Source: Octopus vulgaris (lineage: Eukaryota). Taken from it: DNA of 64,000 nucleotides. The notes below the pieces were generated by a model that saw only the letters and a list, made by a program, of their open reading frames with translations, was not told the origin of the DNA and searched no databases. A program made the translations under genes and the position numbers. The stretch spans positions 83,328,001 through 83,392,000 of the forward strand of contig OX597816.1 of NCBI GenBank assembly GCA_951406725.2. The letters are read 5' to 3'. Below are positions 14,226 through 26,379 of the stretch, in pieces; the stretch's first letter is position 1, and every line of letters begins with the position of its first letter.

Positions 14226-15489
14226 AGATGCAGTATTCATGGCCTCCGTTATTAAAAATCATTTGTTAAAGGAAGTGAAGATGGCTGATTAATACATGCA
14301 GGCATGGCTGTGCGGTTTAGGTGTTTGTTTCATTACCAGTCGCGTGATTCCAGGTTCAGTTCCTCTTCGCGCTATATTATACATAGCATCACTTTACTAT
14401 GAAATGTTCGTAGTTCGTGTTCAATTCCTTCGTATTAAAAAAAAGTTCACATTTTTAGCAATTCTACTTTATAAATAGAGATTTATATATCTTAAATTTA
14501 CAAAAGAATTTGTTGTTGGGGCAGTTTAGCTTAAAGTTAGAGCACTGCGACGCGTAATCACAGGGGTGTGAGTTCGAGTCTCATGGCTGACCGCCGACAT
14601 ATTTTTCTGTAAAATATAGGTAGTTTATCCTGTTCATGCTATATTATTAGCATTATACTGCGTTTGAGTATAAAATTTACTTCCTTAACTATATATATAT
14701 ATATATATATCGTGTACGTACACTTACACATAAGTATGCCTATATATTTACCCACCTACATGCATACACTTACACATAACATACATATATATCTTATGAC
14801 TTCTTCGACCAATTCAAAGAGAGGAGAGGCAAGACATTCTTGTTTTACTTATTGTTAATGTTGTTAATGCTAATATTGGTGCTGTTACTGTTGTTATTGT
14901 TGTTGCTGATTGTCGTTTTATTCCTCTTTCTCTTTCTCAATGATGTTTGAACTTTGTCTATAGCTTTATCCAAATCCAATCCCTTGCTTTAACTTCTTTT
15001 ATATCCGGCAAATAGATAATCCAAATGAAGCCAGTCGTACACGTTTCTCTTTGAAGACCGCACCAACTAAATCCTGTACCATCAACTCCCTCCCTCACAC
15101 ACACACAACTCACTAAAAAAATCTCTTAACTAAACTAAACTAACTCCTATACATGGCTTTAATTTCTTTCTTTATTTAGTTGTTTTTGTTTGTCTTACCT
15201 TCTTCGTGTTTTATTGTTTATTCTACATATTTCGGGATCGTTAGTTCGTCCGTCATTTGTCGCTGTTTCCTGCCGAGTCAATTGAAACTGTATCTTCTCC
15301 ACACACACACACTGACATCCCAATGATTAAATCCTCTTTACGTTGTAAATAGATCCTACGTGAAGGTACGGTTCAAATACTATTTATATCCCTCGGATAT
15401 ATGAGTGGAATTGTGATATTATGCAGCAATGAACTTGTATGTGGAAACTTAACTTCAATTGCATTCGCTATCACGTAAACGATTAAAAG

Positions 15490-15646
15490 CGCCGAGCGGG
15501 CAGTGTCGTTACGTTCTGAGTTCAAATTCTGCCGAGGTCCACTTTGCTTTTCGTACTGGTAAAATAAGCAACAGTTAAGCACTGGGGTCTATGTATTTGA
15601 CTTACCCAGTACCCCGAACATGTTAGCCTTGTGCCAAAATTTGAAA
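15490..15646 (+). mobile_element. SINE group C fragment
   Basis: TACGTTCTGAGTTCAAATTCTGCCGAGGTC...CACTGGGGTC...CCTTGTGCCAAAATTTGAAA. Confidence 0.65.
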
Positions 15647-15669
15647 TCAATATCGTGTAAATGATTTCT

Positions 15670-15753
<84 letters not shown>

Positions 15754-15921
15754 CATAAGGGACTAAAGCCATCTGAATATGGCTAGGGACAGGGCAGGGT
15801 GGTGGGGGTGTTACTGTTGCATTTAGCCCCAGGCGAACATCGACGTCACCAGAAAGGCTCGACACCGTCACGGTGCCCTTAACCTGCAAAGGGAGGTAAT
15901 TCCCCGATGAAGCGGAAACCA

Positions 15922-15967
15922 CACACGGACCATGGTTTCAAGGTGTATTGCCTATCATCGGCGTGTG
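15922..15967 (-). ncRNA. Type I hammerhead ribozyme motif (inverted copy)
   Basis: Exact reverse complement of 16546-16591. Confidence 0.75.
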
Positions 15968-16545
15968 GTAGGCCTCCGCTTCCTCGACGAATTCTCACTC
16001 TGCAGGATTTTCTTATATAGATTTTCAAGCAAAATACATTTGCTGATTTCGCAGATGGCTTTAGTCCCTTATGTTATCGAGCAGTTACTGTCTATATCCC
16101 TTTTAGAGAATTATTATTGCTTTCGAACAGATCGAAATCAATGTTTTCTGGATGTAAATTCCAATCTATGAAAAGTTTCCGTTCAACAATATTCTTAAAG
16201 GAACGAAGAATTATCCAGCAACTCGGGCTAAAAGAACGAGTGTGGTGGGTGTAAAAGAATAACAGGCATCCCTTGTCAAGAGTACAGGTGTCGAGCCTTT
16301 CTGGTGACGTCGATGTTCGCCTGGGGCTAAATGCAACAGTAACACCCCCACCACCCTGCCCTGTCCCTAGCCATATTCAGATGGCTTTAGTCCCTTATGT
16401 TATCGAGCAGTTACTGTCTATATCCCTTTTAGAGAATTATTATTGCTTTCGAACAGATTTTCGAAATCAGCAAATGTATTTTGCTTGAAAATCTATATAA
16501 GAAAATCCTGCAGAGTGAGAATTCGTCGAGGAAGCGGAGGCCTAC

Positions 16546-16591
16546 CACACGCCGATGATAGGCAATACACCTTGAAACCATGGTCCGTGTG
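16546..16591 (+). ncRNA. Type I hammerhead ribozyme motif
   Basis: Helix I CACACG/CGUGUG. Core CCGAUGA (CUGANGA with C at position 4). Helix II AGG-caauaca-CCU, then GAAA, palindromic helix III ACCAUGGU and a GUC site (predicted cut after 16585). Confidence 0.8.
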
Positions 16592-16905
16592 TGGTTTCCG
16601 CTTCATCGGGGAATTACCTCCCTTTGCAGGTTAAGGGCACCGTGACGGTGTCGAGCCTTTCTGGTGACGTCGATGTTCGCCTGGGGCTAAATGCAACAGT
16701 AACACCCCCACCACCCTGCCCTGTCCCTAGCCATATTCAGATGGCTTTAGTCCCTTATGTTATCGAGCAGTTACTGTCTATATCCCTTTTAGAGAATTAT
16801 TATTGCTTTCGAACAGATTTTCGAAATCAGCAAATGTATTTTGCTTGAAAATCTATATAAGAAAATCCTGCAGAGTGAGAATTCGTCGAGGAAGCGGAGG
16901 CCTAC

Positions 16906-16951
16906 CACACGCCGATGATAGGCAATACACCTTGAAACCATGGTCCGTGTG
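16906..16951 (+). ncRNA. Type I hammerhead ribozyme motif (second tandem copy)
   Basis: Identical to 16546-16591, 360 nt downstream. Confidence 0.8.
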
Positions 16952-17192
16952 TGGTTTCCGCTTCATCGGGGAATTACCTCCCTTTGCAGGTTAAGGGCAC
17001 CGTGACGGTGTCGAGCCTTTCTGGTGACGTCGATGTTCGCCTGGGGCTAAATACAACAGTAACACCCCCACCACCCTGCCCTGTCCCTAGCCATATTCAG
17101 ATGGCTTTAGTCCCTTATGTTATCGAGCAGTTACTGTCTATATCCCTTTTAGAGAATTATTATTGCCTATATATATATATATATATATATAT

Positions 17193-17679
17193 CAGTGGCG
17201 ACTCCGGCACTCGGGCTGTTCAGACTTAGCCCGAGTATAAATTTAGTAAAGTAAACATGCATTTGCAAGCTGATTTAATTTCTGCCAATACTGACTTGAA
17301 GTATGTAATTGCAGCCAATAACTCGGGCTCCTTTTACTGAGCCTGGTCGCAGTTCATTTATTTTCGTTCATCGTCTGGCTGTCGTCTTAGAGGTACGCTG
17401 TGTCAGAAAATATCATTTGCAGCAGACATCGTTCATGCCCGTTTGGCTCGGGCTTAGAAGTTACAGCCCAAGTTGTTATCTATAATCGTAAAAATTAAAA
17501 GAAATTCAAATTCAATGTTTTCTGGATTTAAATTCCAATCTATGAAAAGTTTCCGTTCAACAATATTCTTAAAGGAACGAAGAATTATCCAGCAACTCGG
17601 GCTAAAAGAACGATTGTGGTGGGTGTAAAAGAATAACAGGCATCCCTTGTCAAGAGTACAGGTGAGAGACAAATCACTG
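17193..17679. mobile_element. Possible hAT-like MITE with repeated CTCGGGCT motifs
   Basis: Starts CAGTGGCG and ends ATCACTG. CTCGGGCT/AGCCCGAG occurs five times. TIR is short and TSD is poor. Confidence 0.35.
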
Positions 17680-17892
17680 ATGTTTGTTGTGCACTCCGCT
17701 GACGTTATTTGATTGTTGTTATTTTGTGCGTCTGTGCGTAATGATCAGTTGTGTTAATGCCTTTAACTACAAGTGCAAACAAGTGGAGTCAGAGAAAGGC
17801 AGAAGCCATAAATCTGAACACTACTATAGAAATATTCGAAAAAGGTGAAATCTTTTCTTCTAATTTTTCTAAATTTAATTATTTAATCGTTA

Positions 17893-17930
17893 CAGTTGAA
17901 AAGGTCTCAAAATGACCGAAACCGGTACTG
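17893..17930 (+). ncRNA. Degenerate minimal hammerhead (Penelope-type) before (TA)n
   Basis: CAG-UUGAAAA-GGUC-ucaaaau-GACC-GAAA-CCGG-UA-CUG. Helices I and II and the palindromic ACCGGU are intact; the core is mutated. Confidence 0.6.
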
Positions 17931-17941
17931 AAATGTTCACT

Positions 17942-17992
<51 letters not shown>

Positions 17993-18013
17993 TAATAATA
18001 TATATATATATTT

Positions 18014-18088
<75 letters not shown>

Positions 18089-19221
18089 ACCTGTAGTTCG
18101 TCTCAAAATTAACCTCATATTTCAATTTAAATTTAGAATCAAAACTAAATTTCAGATATTTAGTTTTGTAATCGATATTGCGAAATTAAAACCCTTTCGC
18201 TTTAGTAGTTATTTAGGCACTCAACGAAGTTGAAAGATGAAACATGCCATCTCCTGTCTTACAACAATGCTTAGCCCTTGGGTGACGTTAGCAACGGTTT
18301 TTATGTTGTAACATTCATGGTGTCGTTAGAAATACTTTCTGTGTTGTAACCGCTCATATCAGAGATAACGGCTGGTTACTTTTCCACCTAAATTCTGCAG
18401 ATATATTCGCACGTACCTATTCAGGTTATATGCCAGCCACATCAATGTACAAATCTTTACCCTGACGAATTCATAAACAAACAGCACACACTGTCTCTCT
18501 TTTTCATTTTTTCTCTTTCTTTTCTTTCTTTGTAATTCTTTTTATTTTTCTCTCTCTCTCTCTCTTTCTTATGTAATTCTCTTTATTTACTTTCTCTCTC
18601 TCTGTCGTTTTCTCTATTTTAGCACTGTCTTCATATTTATGTCACACTCTCTCTCTATTTATTTTTTTCTCTCATCCACTTTTCTTTCATCTGTTGTAAT
18701 GCTTTTCTAAGACAAATTTCCAACAACAATTAATTACGCTTCAGCCTAACAGCAGACTTAATTTGCAAGCCAGTGTCATACTACTAAATTATCCTAGATC
18801 TCATATACCAGCGTCCATTCTGTTGCGTGTAATCAGGCAAGTCCATCCTTTGCTCATGTCCTGTCTGTAGTTATTGACCTGAGTTGGGAAACGGCTGCAT
18901 TTGTCTGTAGTAGAGCCACTTTAGAATCGATCCAACAATATCTCTGTTTAAATTGGTTCGCCAATAACCCCATATTACGTAATCTTATAACATCAAGCGC
19001 GAAACCTTCTACGAAGATAAGCTGTGATAACTGTCGGCTGTAATCAAAAGATCCGCTCACTTTTCGCTCTGTCTGTCTCTGTCTCTGTTCATTTTCTGTC
19101 TCTCTCACTTGCATCATTTGTGGTCATTCCTTATTTCTTATAACTACAGGTTATGAGAAAGAACGAGAGAGAGAGAGAGAGAGAGAGAGAGTGAGAGGGT
19201 GAGAGAGCAAACCCACAATTC

Positions 19222-19254
<33 letters not shown>

Positions 19255-19432
19255 TGCACATACGCGCTCAGCCCCCCCATATATATGTATTTATATATAC
19301 ATACGCACACACACGCACACACTTACTCACTTACACGCATATATATATTCAAAATTCAAATAAGTTATCATTATCTTTAAAATAATGATGATAAGGTGAC
19401 TATATATATACACATATATATATAAATGTAAT

Positions 19433-19765
19433 CTGAGACCTCGGTTACGATACAGACAATGGGATTGCACCTAGAAAGTTACCCTCCCAGGCACAAGTCC
19501 GGGCAAGGTTGTTTATGGAAGACCAGCAGTCGCCCATGCATACCGGCCTCCCCTCTCCGCGCCACCAGTGTTATCCATGGGAAAAGCAAAGGCCGATACA
19601 GCTTGGCATCTGTGACGTCGCAACTCATTTCTACAGCTGAGTGAACTGGAGCAACGTGAAGTAAAGTGTCTTGCTCAAGAACGCAACGCGCAGCCCGGTC
19701 CGGGATTCGAGCTCACAACCTCACGATCGTAAGCTCGACGCTCTAACCACTAAGCCATGCGCCTT
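19433..19765 (-). mobile_element. tRNA-Arg(ACG)-headed CORE-like SINE (group B), near full length
   Basis: Minus strand GGCGCATGGCTTAGTGGTTAGAGCG..TTACGAT..GAGCTCGAATCCC, followed by CTTGAGCAAGACACTTTACTTCACGTTGCTCCAG. Confidence 0.85.
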
Positions 19766-20714
19766 CTATAAATGTAATATGTGACAACTATTCGGTAGCC
19801 GAACGCACAAATATACAGGCAAACAAACAATTCTTAAATACCTTCTTTTCTTTCGTAAAGGCACAAAAATATATTTATGTTCATCCATTTGAGCATTGCC
19901 CCAACATTATAGAAAAAAAAATACTGGAATAAAAATGTTGATTTAAGAAAATATAATCAACGTCATCATCTTTCAGTGTAGCCTTACGACCTGATATCTT
20001 TCTCATCAACATATATTCCTGGCTATAAATTTAACCTGCCAGGGCGAATAGATGTCAGCGAAAACCGTGGCCAATGTCCCTTTTTTTCATGACTACCTTA
20101 CAGAGGGAATGCAAACTGTACTTGAACCAGGATAGGTACATTGGATTGGTTAGGGGTGTGACGGTGCCGGTTCACAAAAATAATTTTGTCTTTTATAAAC
20201 AAATTGGTCTACCGAAAAAAAACCTAACTCCAATACATTATTACTACTACTACTACTACTACTATGTATCGTCCCTACCGCTCCACTCTGCGTAGTCCCC
20301 ACGAGACCATCGGTCGTTTCTCACTAGCCCCTCATCTCTAACTCACAATCTGTCGACAGATTAATAATAATATGTTTGTAATCTGACCCTTAGACACTTG
20401 TGAAAGCATCAACATTGCTCCGAGAAACTACCCCATCTTATATAGCATTCTCTATCCACTTCTATCTTTCTATAAAAAGATCCTCCACCCTGACCCAGCC
20501 TCAATCATCATATTCGGACTATCTTATTGCTTATACATACAACTATTGCTTATACATACAACTATTTCAACAACGAAGGACTCTTTCATACACACACACT
20601 CACACACATACATATATGTGCATGTGTATCTGTGTGTATATATATATATATATATAATTAAAATAATTTAAATGATCTGATAAGCTTGTCCTGCCTTGGT
20701 TTTGATTTCGTTTT

Positions 20715-20762
<48 letters not shown>

Positions 20763-20836
20763 GTATATCTTTTACTTGTTTCAATCATTTGACTGAGGCC
20801 ATGCAGATGTATCTATCAATCTCTCTCTCTGTCTTT

Positions 20837-20878
<42 letters not shown>

Positions 20879-20968
20879 GTGTATGTGTGTTTTTTCTTCT
20901 CATGCTGGCACTAGATTTGAGCTCTATTTAAAATAATGATCTTATCCTTATTTATATAGATATTTTAA

Positions 20969-21041
<73 letters not shown>

Positions 21042-21054
21042 TATTATTCGTTTA

Positions 21055-21245
21055 TTCTTTTACTTGTTTCAGCCATTTGACTGCGGCCATGCTGGAGCAC
21101 CGCTTTGAAGGGTTTTTAGTCGAACAAATCAACCCAGGACTTATTTTTATCGGCCTATTTTTACAGGGATGTTAACACAGCAAACCCGGTAGTCAAGCGG
21201 TAATGGGGCGGGGGACAAACACGAAGACACACACATAAATCGTAC

Positions 21246-21293
<48 letters not shown>

Positions 21294-21480
21294 ATATACA
21301 CATATATGTGTATATACATGTACACTCACAAACATATATACGAGGAGCTTCTTACCAAATCCACTCACAAGACTTTGGTCAGCTTGAGGTTATAGTATAA
21401 GAAACTTGCCTAAAGTCCCACGTAGTGGGACTGAACCTGGAACCATGTGGTTGGGAAGCAAGCTTCTTACAACGCAGCCA
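21055..21480 (-). mobile_element. SINE group A copy with expanded internal (TA)n
   Basis: Tail CTTGTTTCAGCCATTTGACTGCGGCCATGCTGGAGCACCGC and head GGGACTGAACCTGGAACCATGTGG as read on the + strand. Confidence 0.8.
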
Positions 21481-21481
21481 C

Positions 21482-21536
<55 letters not shown>

Positions 21537-21644
21537 TGTAGAGGTAGGTACGTACATATATGTTTATATATATGAATAAAGAAATAACATGGAGGAATAA
21601 AGAAATAATATGTTTATATATATGCATATGTTTTATTTTATTTA

Positions 21645-21684
<40 letters not shown>

Positions 21685-21696
21685 CAGAGAGAGAGA

Positions 21697-21737
<41 letters not shown>

Positions 21738-23289
21738 GGATAAAAGTTTTGAATGAAGCTCTCTGCTTATGAGGATAGCTTCCTAACCTTGTGGTACTTA
21801 GTTCAATACTCCTGCGTGCTATCTGAAATATGTAGGTTCGAAAAGTAAATGAGTATTTCTGTTGCAAATTTGAATATTCTCATTGATTGATCGAAGTAAC
21901 CGACATTTCAGTAACCGAATTTAGAGTGTAAGCGGCTGTATATTCCGAAGCATTTCGCTATTTTCTATAATTTTTAAGCTAAGCAGCGTGATTGCTTGTG
22001 CGAAGGATTGAGGTTTGAATTACAGTTACTCTCCATGATATATGACATTTCAAAGTGCCACGCAAGGGGATCAAATCACAACTCATGTGTTTGATCGGTA
22101 ATGCAACTTTAGTTAGTTAGTTACTCGATAAAATTCATCCAATACATATCCATTTATTCTTAGTTTCTAAAATGGAAGGAGAAATTCAAAGAATTGTCTC
22201 GAGATAATGATAGAACGCGTGCCACGTCTACAGTCGATGTAAGTCTGAGTCCCATGGGTAACTTCTTGACTTTTTCTATCTAAAACAGAGTTTTTACCAC
22301 AGAGAGAGATAGAGATATAAAAAAAAAGAGAGAGAGAGAGATAATAGCAACCAAATTTGTTCATGTGAGACTCTAAACTCTTAAAATACGACGGACAAAT
22401 TATAATATAGACGACAACCGTATACGGAAACAGGATAGTCTCTAATGGCATGCATTTGTTCATAAGTCGACATAAATGGGAACGACCTTGTACTACAAAA
22501 CTCATTTGTGTATTATTCATTTAGTTATTTTCATCCACTTGGCCCTGTTTGTGTCCAGAAGAAAACAACAAAGTGCACCAAAGTACACTAAGAATAGTTG
22601 CAATAAACGAATGTTACAAAGCCAGTGGAACGAAACGCGATGCCCGGTGGATATCTAAAAAATGTAATTTAAAGATTTAGAACATCCAAATTAATTCTTT
22701 TAGCTGGCAACGTGAATCGTTTTTGAGATGCAGACCGCATGAGATATTGCTTATCGTCTGGCGGGCCGCACTAAAAGTTCAAGACACTTTTATATCGATC
22801 CCTTTTGCCGAACAGCGAAGTTATGGAGACATAAACAGACTAGTACTGATTATCAGGCGGTGGAGGGGGACAAATACAGATACAAAGAACACATTGAATA
22901 TGTATGTATGTATATACATACGCACCTACACACACACGCGCGCACACACATACATATATATATGCATGTATTTATGTATGTATATACATGTATATGTATG
23001 CATGTATGTATGTATAACATAAGGAAACTGAAAATACAAAACCAATATAGAAACAACGTTATTTATTTTTTCCGTTGTTTTTATCATCTGTTTATTTTGT
23101 TATTGTCTTTTCTTGTTTTTGTGTGTGTTTGTGAGTATTTGTGTGTAGTTGTGTGTAAGTATGTGTGCGCGTGTGTGAAGGTTTAAACGTAATATCTATA
23201 TTTGTTTCGCAATGAAACCTGAACCAGGAACTCAAAGTGAGATTGCTATATATATATATATATATATAGATGTCTGTGAGTGAACAATT

Positions 23290-24194
23290 ATACAGAGCGC
23301 GATGGATAAATTGTCGCCATTTTATACTTTTCATTTCGTGCATGTGTGTTTTTGTTTTTGATTTTGTCGACTACACAATAATAGTAGGGTCAGTTGGGCA
23401 CCGTTTGTGAGAAAAACAGCACCATGATGCAATTCACTCTACCAGAAATTTGAAAACGACATGCTGTACTCCTTGGCATTCGGACCAAAATCTCCAATAC
23501 AAACATTTCAGTGTTTTGGGGTGTCAATAATCTGAGGGCAATGCAATTTGAGGACATGTATCGAGAGTGATAAAAGTTAAACATCCAGTCAACATCATAG
23601 TGTTTAGAGTGATCACTTGTGATGGCGACGTCATGCCTCCATTCATTGCCCCACACGGCTTCACACTCAAAACGAAGGCCTACATCAAGTGCCTGGAGGC
23701 GGTAGTGCTGCCCTGGGCCAAGAAGATGGCTACTGGAAGACGCTATATCTAGCATCAGGACTCTGCACTATGCCACACAAGTAGGAGAACCCAGTCATGG
23801 CTATCAGACAATATCTGCGACCACATCATACCTCTGGTCACCTAACTCTCCAGACTGCAAGCCCCTTGATTATTATGCATGGGGCGCAATTGAGTGAGAG
23901 ACTCGTAAAACTCCTTGTAACACCAAAGATGAACTGAAGGCAAGGATTATGGCAGCATTCGCTAACTTAAGCAAGGAGACTTTCCAGAGAGTTGCTGGAG
24001 ATTCCGAAGTCGTCTGGAGGCCCTGGTTGAAGCCAATGGCAATTTTATTGAATAGATTTAAATTTACTCTTTAGTATTTCAAGATATTTTTTATGTAATT
24101 TTGGTAAATATATCTGTTTACCAAATATTTTGGTAAAATGAGATGTCAGTATTATTTTAATTTTTGCGTAATTTAGAATATATATTCACCGTAC

Positions 24195-24198
<4 letters not shown>
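23290..24198 (+). pseudogene. Internally deleted maT/DD37D-like (Tc1/mariner superfamily) transposon relic
   Basis: Translation KHPVNIIVFRVITCDGDVMPPFI...YI*HQDSALCH...WSPNSPDCKPLDYYAWG...RSRLEALVEANGNFIE, with stops and frameshifts. Left end TA-CAGAGCGCGATGGATAAATTGTC; right TIR is degenerate. Confidence 0.8.
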
Positions 24199-24250
<52 letters not shown>

Positions 24251-24851
24251 CACACATACAGGACGGACTTCTTTCAATTTCCGTGTACCAAATCAATCCA
24301 CAAGGCTTTGGTCGGGCAGAGGCTAAAGTAGGAAACACTTGCCAAGGGGTCATAATAGAGTCTGAACTCATACTTTTAACTATAATTTTGTTTAACTTTT
24401 CATGCCAAGTGCGCCAGTTATATTTCGTTATATTTAATTTCTGTTGCGGTACACAGAGCTAAAAAAGAATTAAAGGCCATTCCCATAAGCTAGGGTCATG
24501 CTGCTCAAGAACCCTGTCCATTTGGCCATCTGCCGTTCTCAAATAGATAATCAAACAAAACTGTTAAAACTAACAAATAAATAGATATAAAATAACAGTA
24601 TGATGGAAGGAAAGGCTGTTTTGGGTGAAAGGGTAAAACGAGAAATAGGAACGAGGGGGACAAAATGTGAAAGGTGACATTCCGAGACATTAAGAAGTAA
24701 TAAAGCTAGAACTGTGTGTTTGTATAAAATGCAGATGTTAAACTATTTACATTTTATTAATATATCAATCAGTACTTTGTTTGGGTGGAAAAAACGGGGG
24801 GAAGCTTCGTGTGTCTTTTTATGCGTATGAGTGCGTGTTTCTGTTTGAACA

Positions 24852-24895
<44 letters not shown>

Positions 24896-25519
24896 CACAC
24901 ACATACATTCATACGTATAAAGAGCTTTTTTATACAATAATATACACATCGAATAGACATATATACATGTCCGTACTGGGTCGTCTGTCCTCTCCTGGGT
25001 GCCATTTTACCAGATATAGTGTATATATGCTGGACACGGACACATGCGCACACACACGCACACATACATGTACACACACACACACATTCTCACACACACA
25101 CGCACAAACATAGGCACACAAAAAAACACGCATACTTTGATAAATCAATAAACACATTGAAGCATGTATACACACTCACGCCACATAAACACACACACAT
25201 TGTGATATCGTGCCGTGGGTGTTTATAATAGAACCATCACTATCTGCTGCCAGAAAGGTTGTGTAAGGTCAGTCTACTAGTATAGGGAGAGGTGTGTGTA
25301 TGTATGCCGGTGTGTATATGTGTATGCATATATATTGGAAGTGTTGGGAGTGTATTTTGTTTATTTATCTCTATCATTTTCATCAACCGCAATTCCTCCC
25401 GTCATGCTCCACTCAGTGGTGTGTAACAGATGTATTTAATTGCGAGTTAAAGTTGAAGTCATGTTACTCTATGTGTATATGTGAGTAAGCGTATGTACGT
25501 TTGTATCTATTTAATTGCT

Positions 25520-25728
25520 ATCTGTGAAGATGTTTGCTTTCCAACGACAAGGTTACGGGTTCAGTCCCACTGCCTAGGTGGCACATTGGGCAAGTGCCTT
25601 CTACTGTAGTTTCGAGCTGACAAAAGCCTTGTGAGTGGATTTGGTAGATGGAAATATTAAAGAAGCTCGTTACCTCACACACACACACACACACACACAC
25701 GAATTCCATCTACCAAATCCACTCACAA
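25520..25728 (+). mobile_element. SINE group A 5' half with terminal fold-back
   Basis: Head and body as in group A. 25629-25653 and 25704-25728 form a perfect 25-bp inverted repeat. Confidence 0.75.
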
Positions 25729-25740
25729 TTTATATATATA

Positions 25741-26110
25741 CTAGCAGTATCGCCCGGCGTTGCTCGGGTTTGTAAGGGAAATAACTATAAAGCATTTTTA
25801 GAGAGTTATAGCCAAAAAATAGCAAAAAAATTGGAAAAAAATGATGGTAAATTTTTTTAAGAGTTCAAAAGGTCGAGTTGCGTCCCCTAGACAGTCTGTG
25901 GTTTGTGTTTCTGATTCTCGACCCCATGTCGAATTTATCGATTTTTTTCAGAACTGGGGGAACTTTTCAAAATTTTCGCTGCGTTAGTTTTGAATTATGA
26001 CATTGGGCTATGTGTGTGTCAAGTTTCATCAGAATCGGTCAGGGTGAGGGTACAACCTGACAGACACACAGAAACACACACAGACAAACTGCCGTTTATA
26101 TATAGAGAGA
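25741..26110 (-). mobile_element. Non-autonomous Helitron
   Basis: Minus strand begins 5'-TC (preceded by A) and ends CTAG-3' (followed by T). Subterminal hairpin CCCGAGC-AAC-GCCGGG lies about 8 nt before the CTAG. (CTGT)/(GT) tract near the 5' end. Confidence 0.8.
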
Positions 26111-26225
26111 TAAATATTAGCTAAAAAGCTGCTCGATAGGGTGGATTTTAAGCTAACCCCTGTGGAGGGTTCTTCACGCCAAGAAGCCATCTTGAATTTG
26201 CTTCATATCATAAGAAATTTTTCTG

Positions 26226-26276
26226 ATATCTGATGAGATGGGACCGGCCTACGAAACACGAAACTGTATGTCATAT
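26226..26276 (+). ncRNA. Type I hammerhead motif with canonical core
   Basis: AUAU-CUGAUGA-(helix II region gaugggaccggccuacgaaacac)-GAAA-C-uguau-GUC-AUAU. Upstream CUUCAUAU can also pair with downstream AUAUGAAG. The segment ends at (TA)n near 26368. Confidence 0.65.
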
Positions 26277-26379
26277 GAAGATGAATCAAACTGTTATTAA
26301 AAATATATATAATCCCTAACAAATGTGTTGAGTGCCACTTTTTCACGTTTGATTATCCACTCGTGTTTATATATATATA

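Larger units (their letters stand above)
15750..17166 (+). mobile_element. Hammerhead-bearing 360-bp tandem/inverted repeat element (retrozyme-like or Penelope pseudo-LTR array) inserted in (TA)n
   Basis: Exact 360-bp period (GGTGTCGAGCC starts at 16287, 16647 and 17007). Inverted partial copy at 15750-16051, forward fragment at 16052-16140. (TA)n on both sides. Copies are nearly identical (one substitution seen in the third tandem copy). Confidence 0.85.

Noticed and set aside
15903-15930. CCGATGA-AGCG-GAAAC on the strand opposite the hammerhead (possible ambisense ribozyme)
   Set aside because: No helix II, no UH site with a closing helix III or helix I. It is simply the complement of the long helix I arm.
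16591-16848. 85-aa ORF repeated in each 360-bp unit
   Set aside because: Starts at a non-ATG codon, has no recognisable motif, and recurs only because the DNA is repeated. The RNA structure explains the sequence better.
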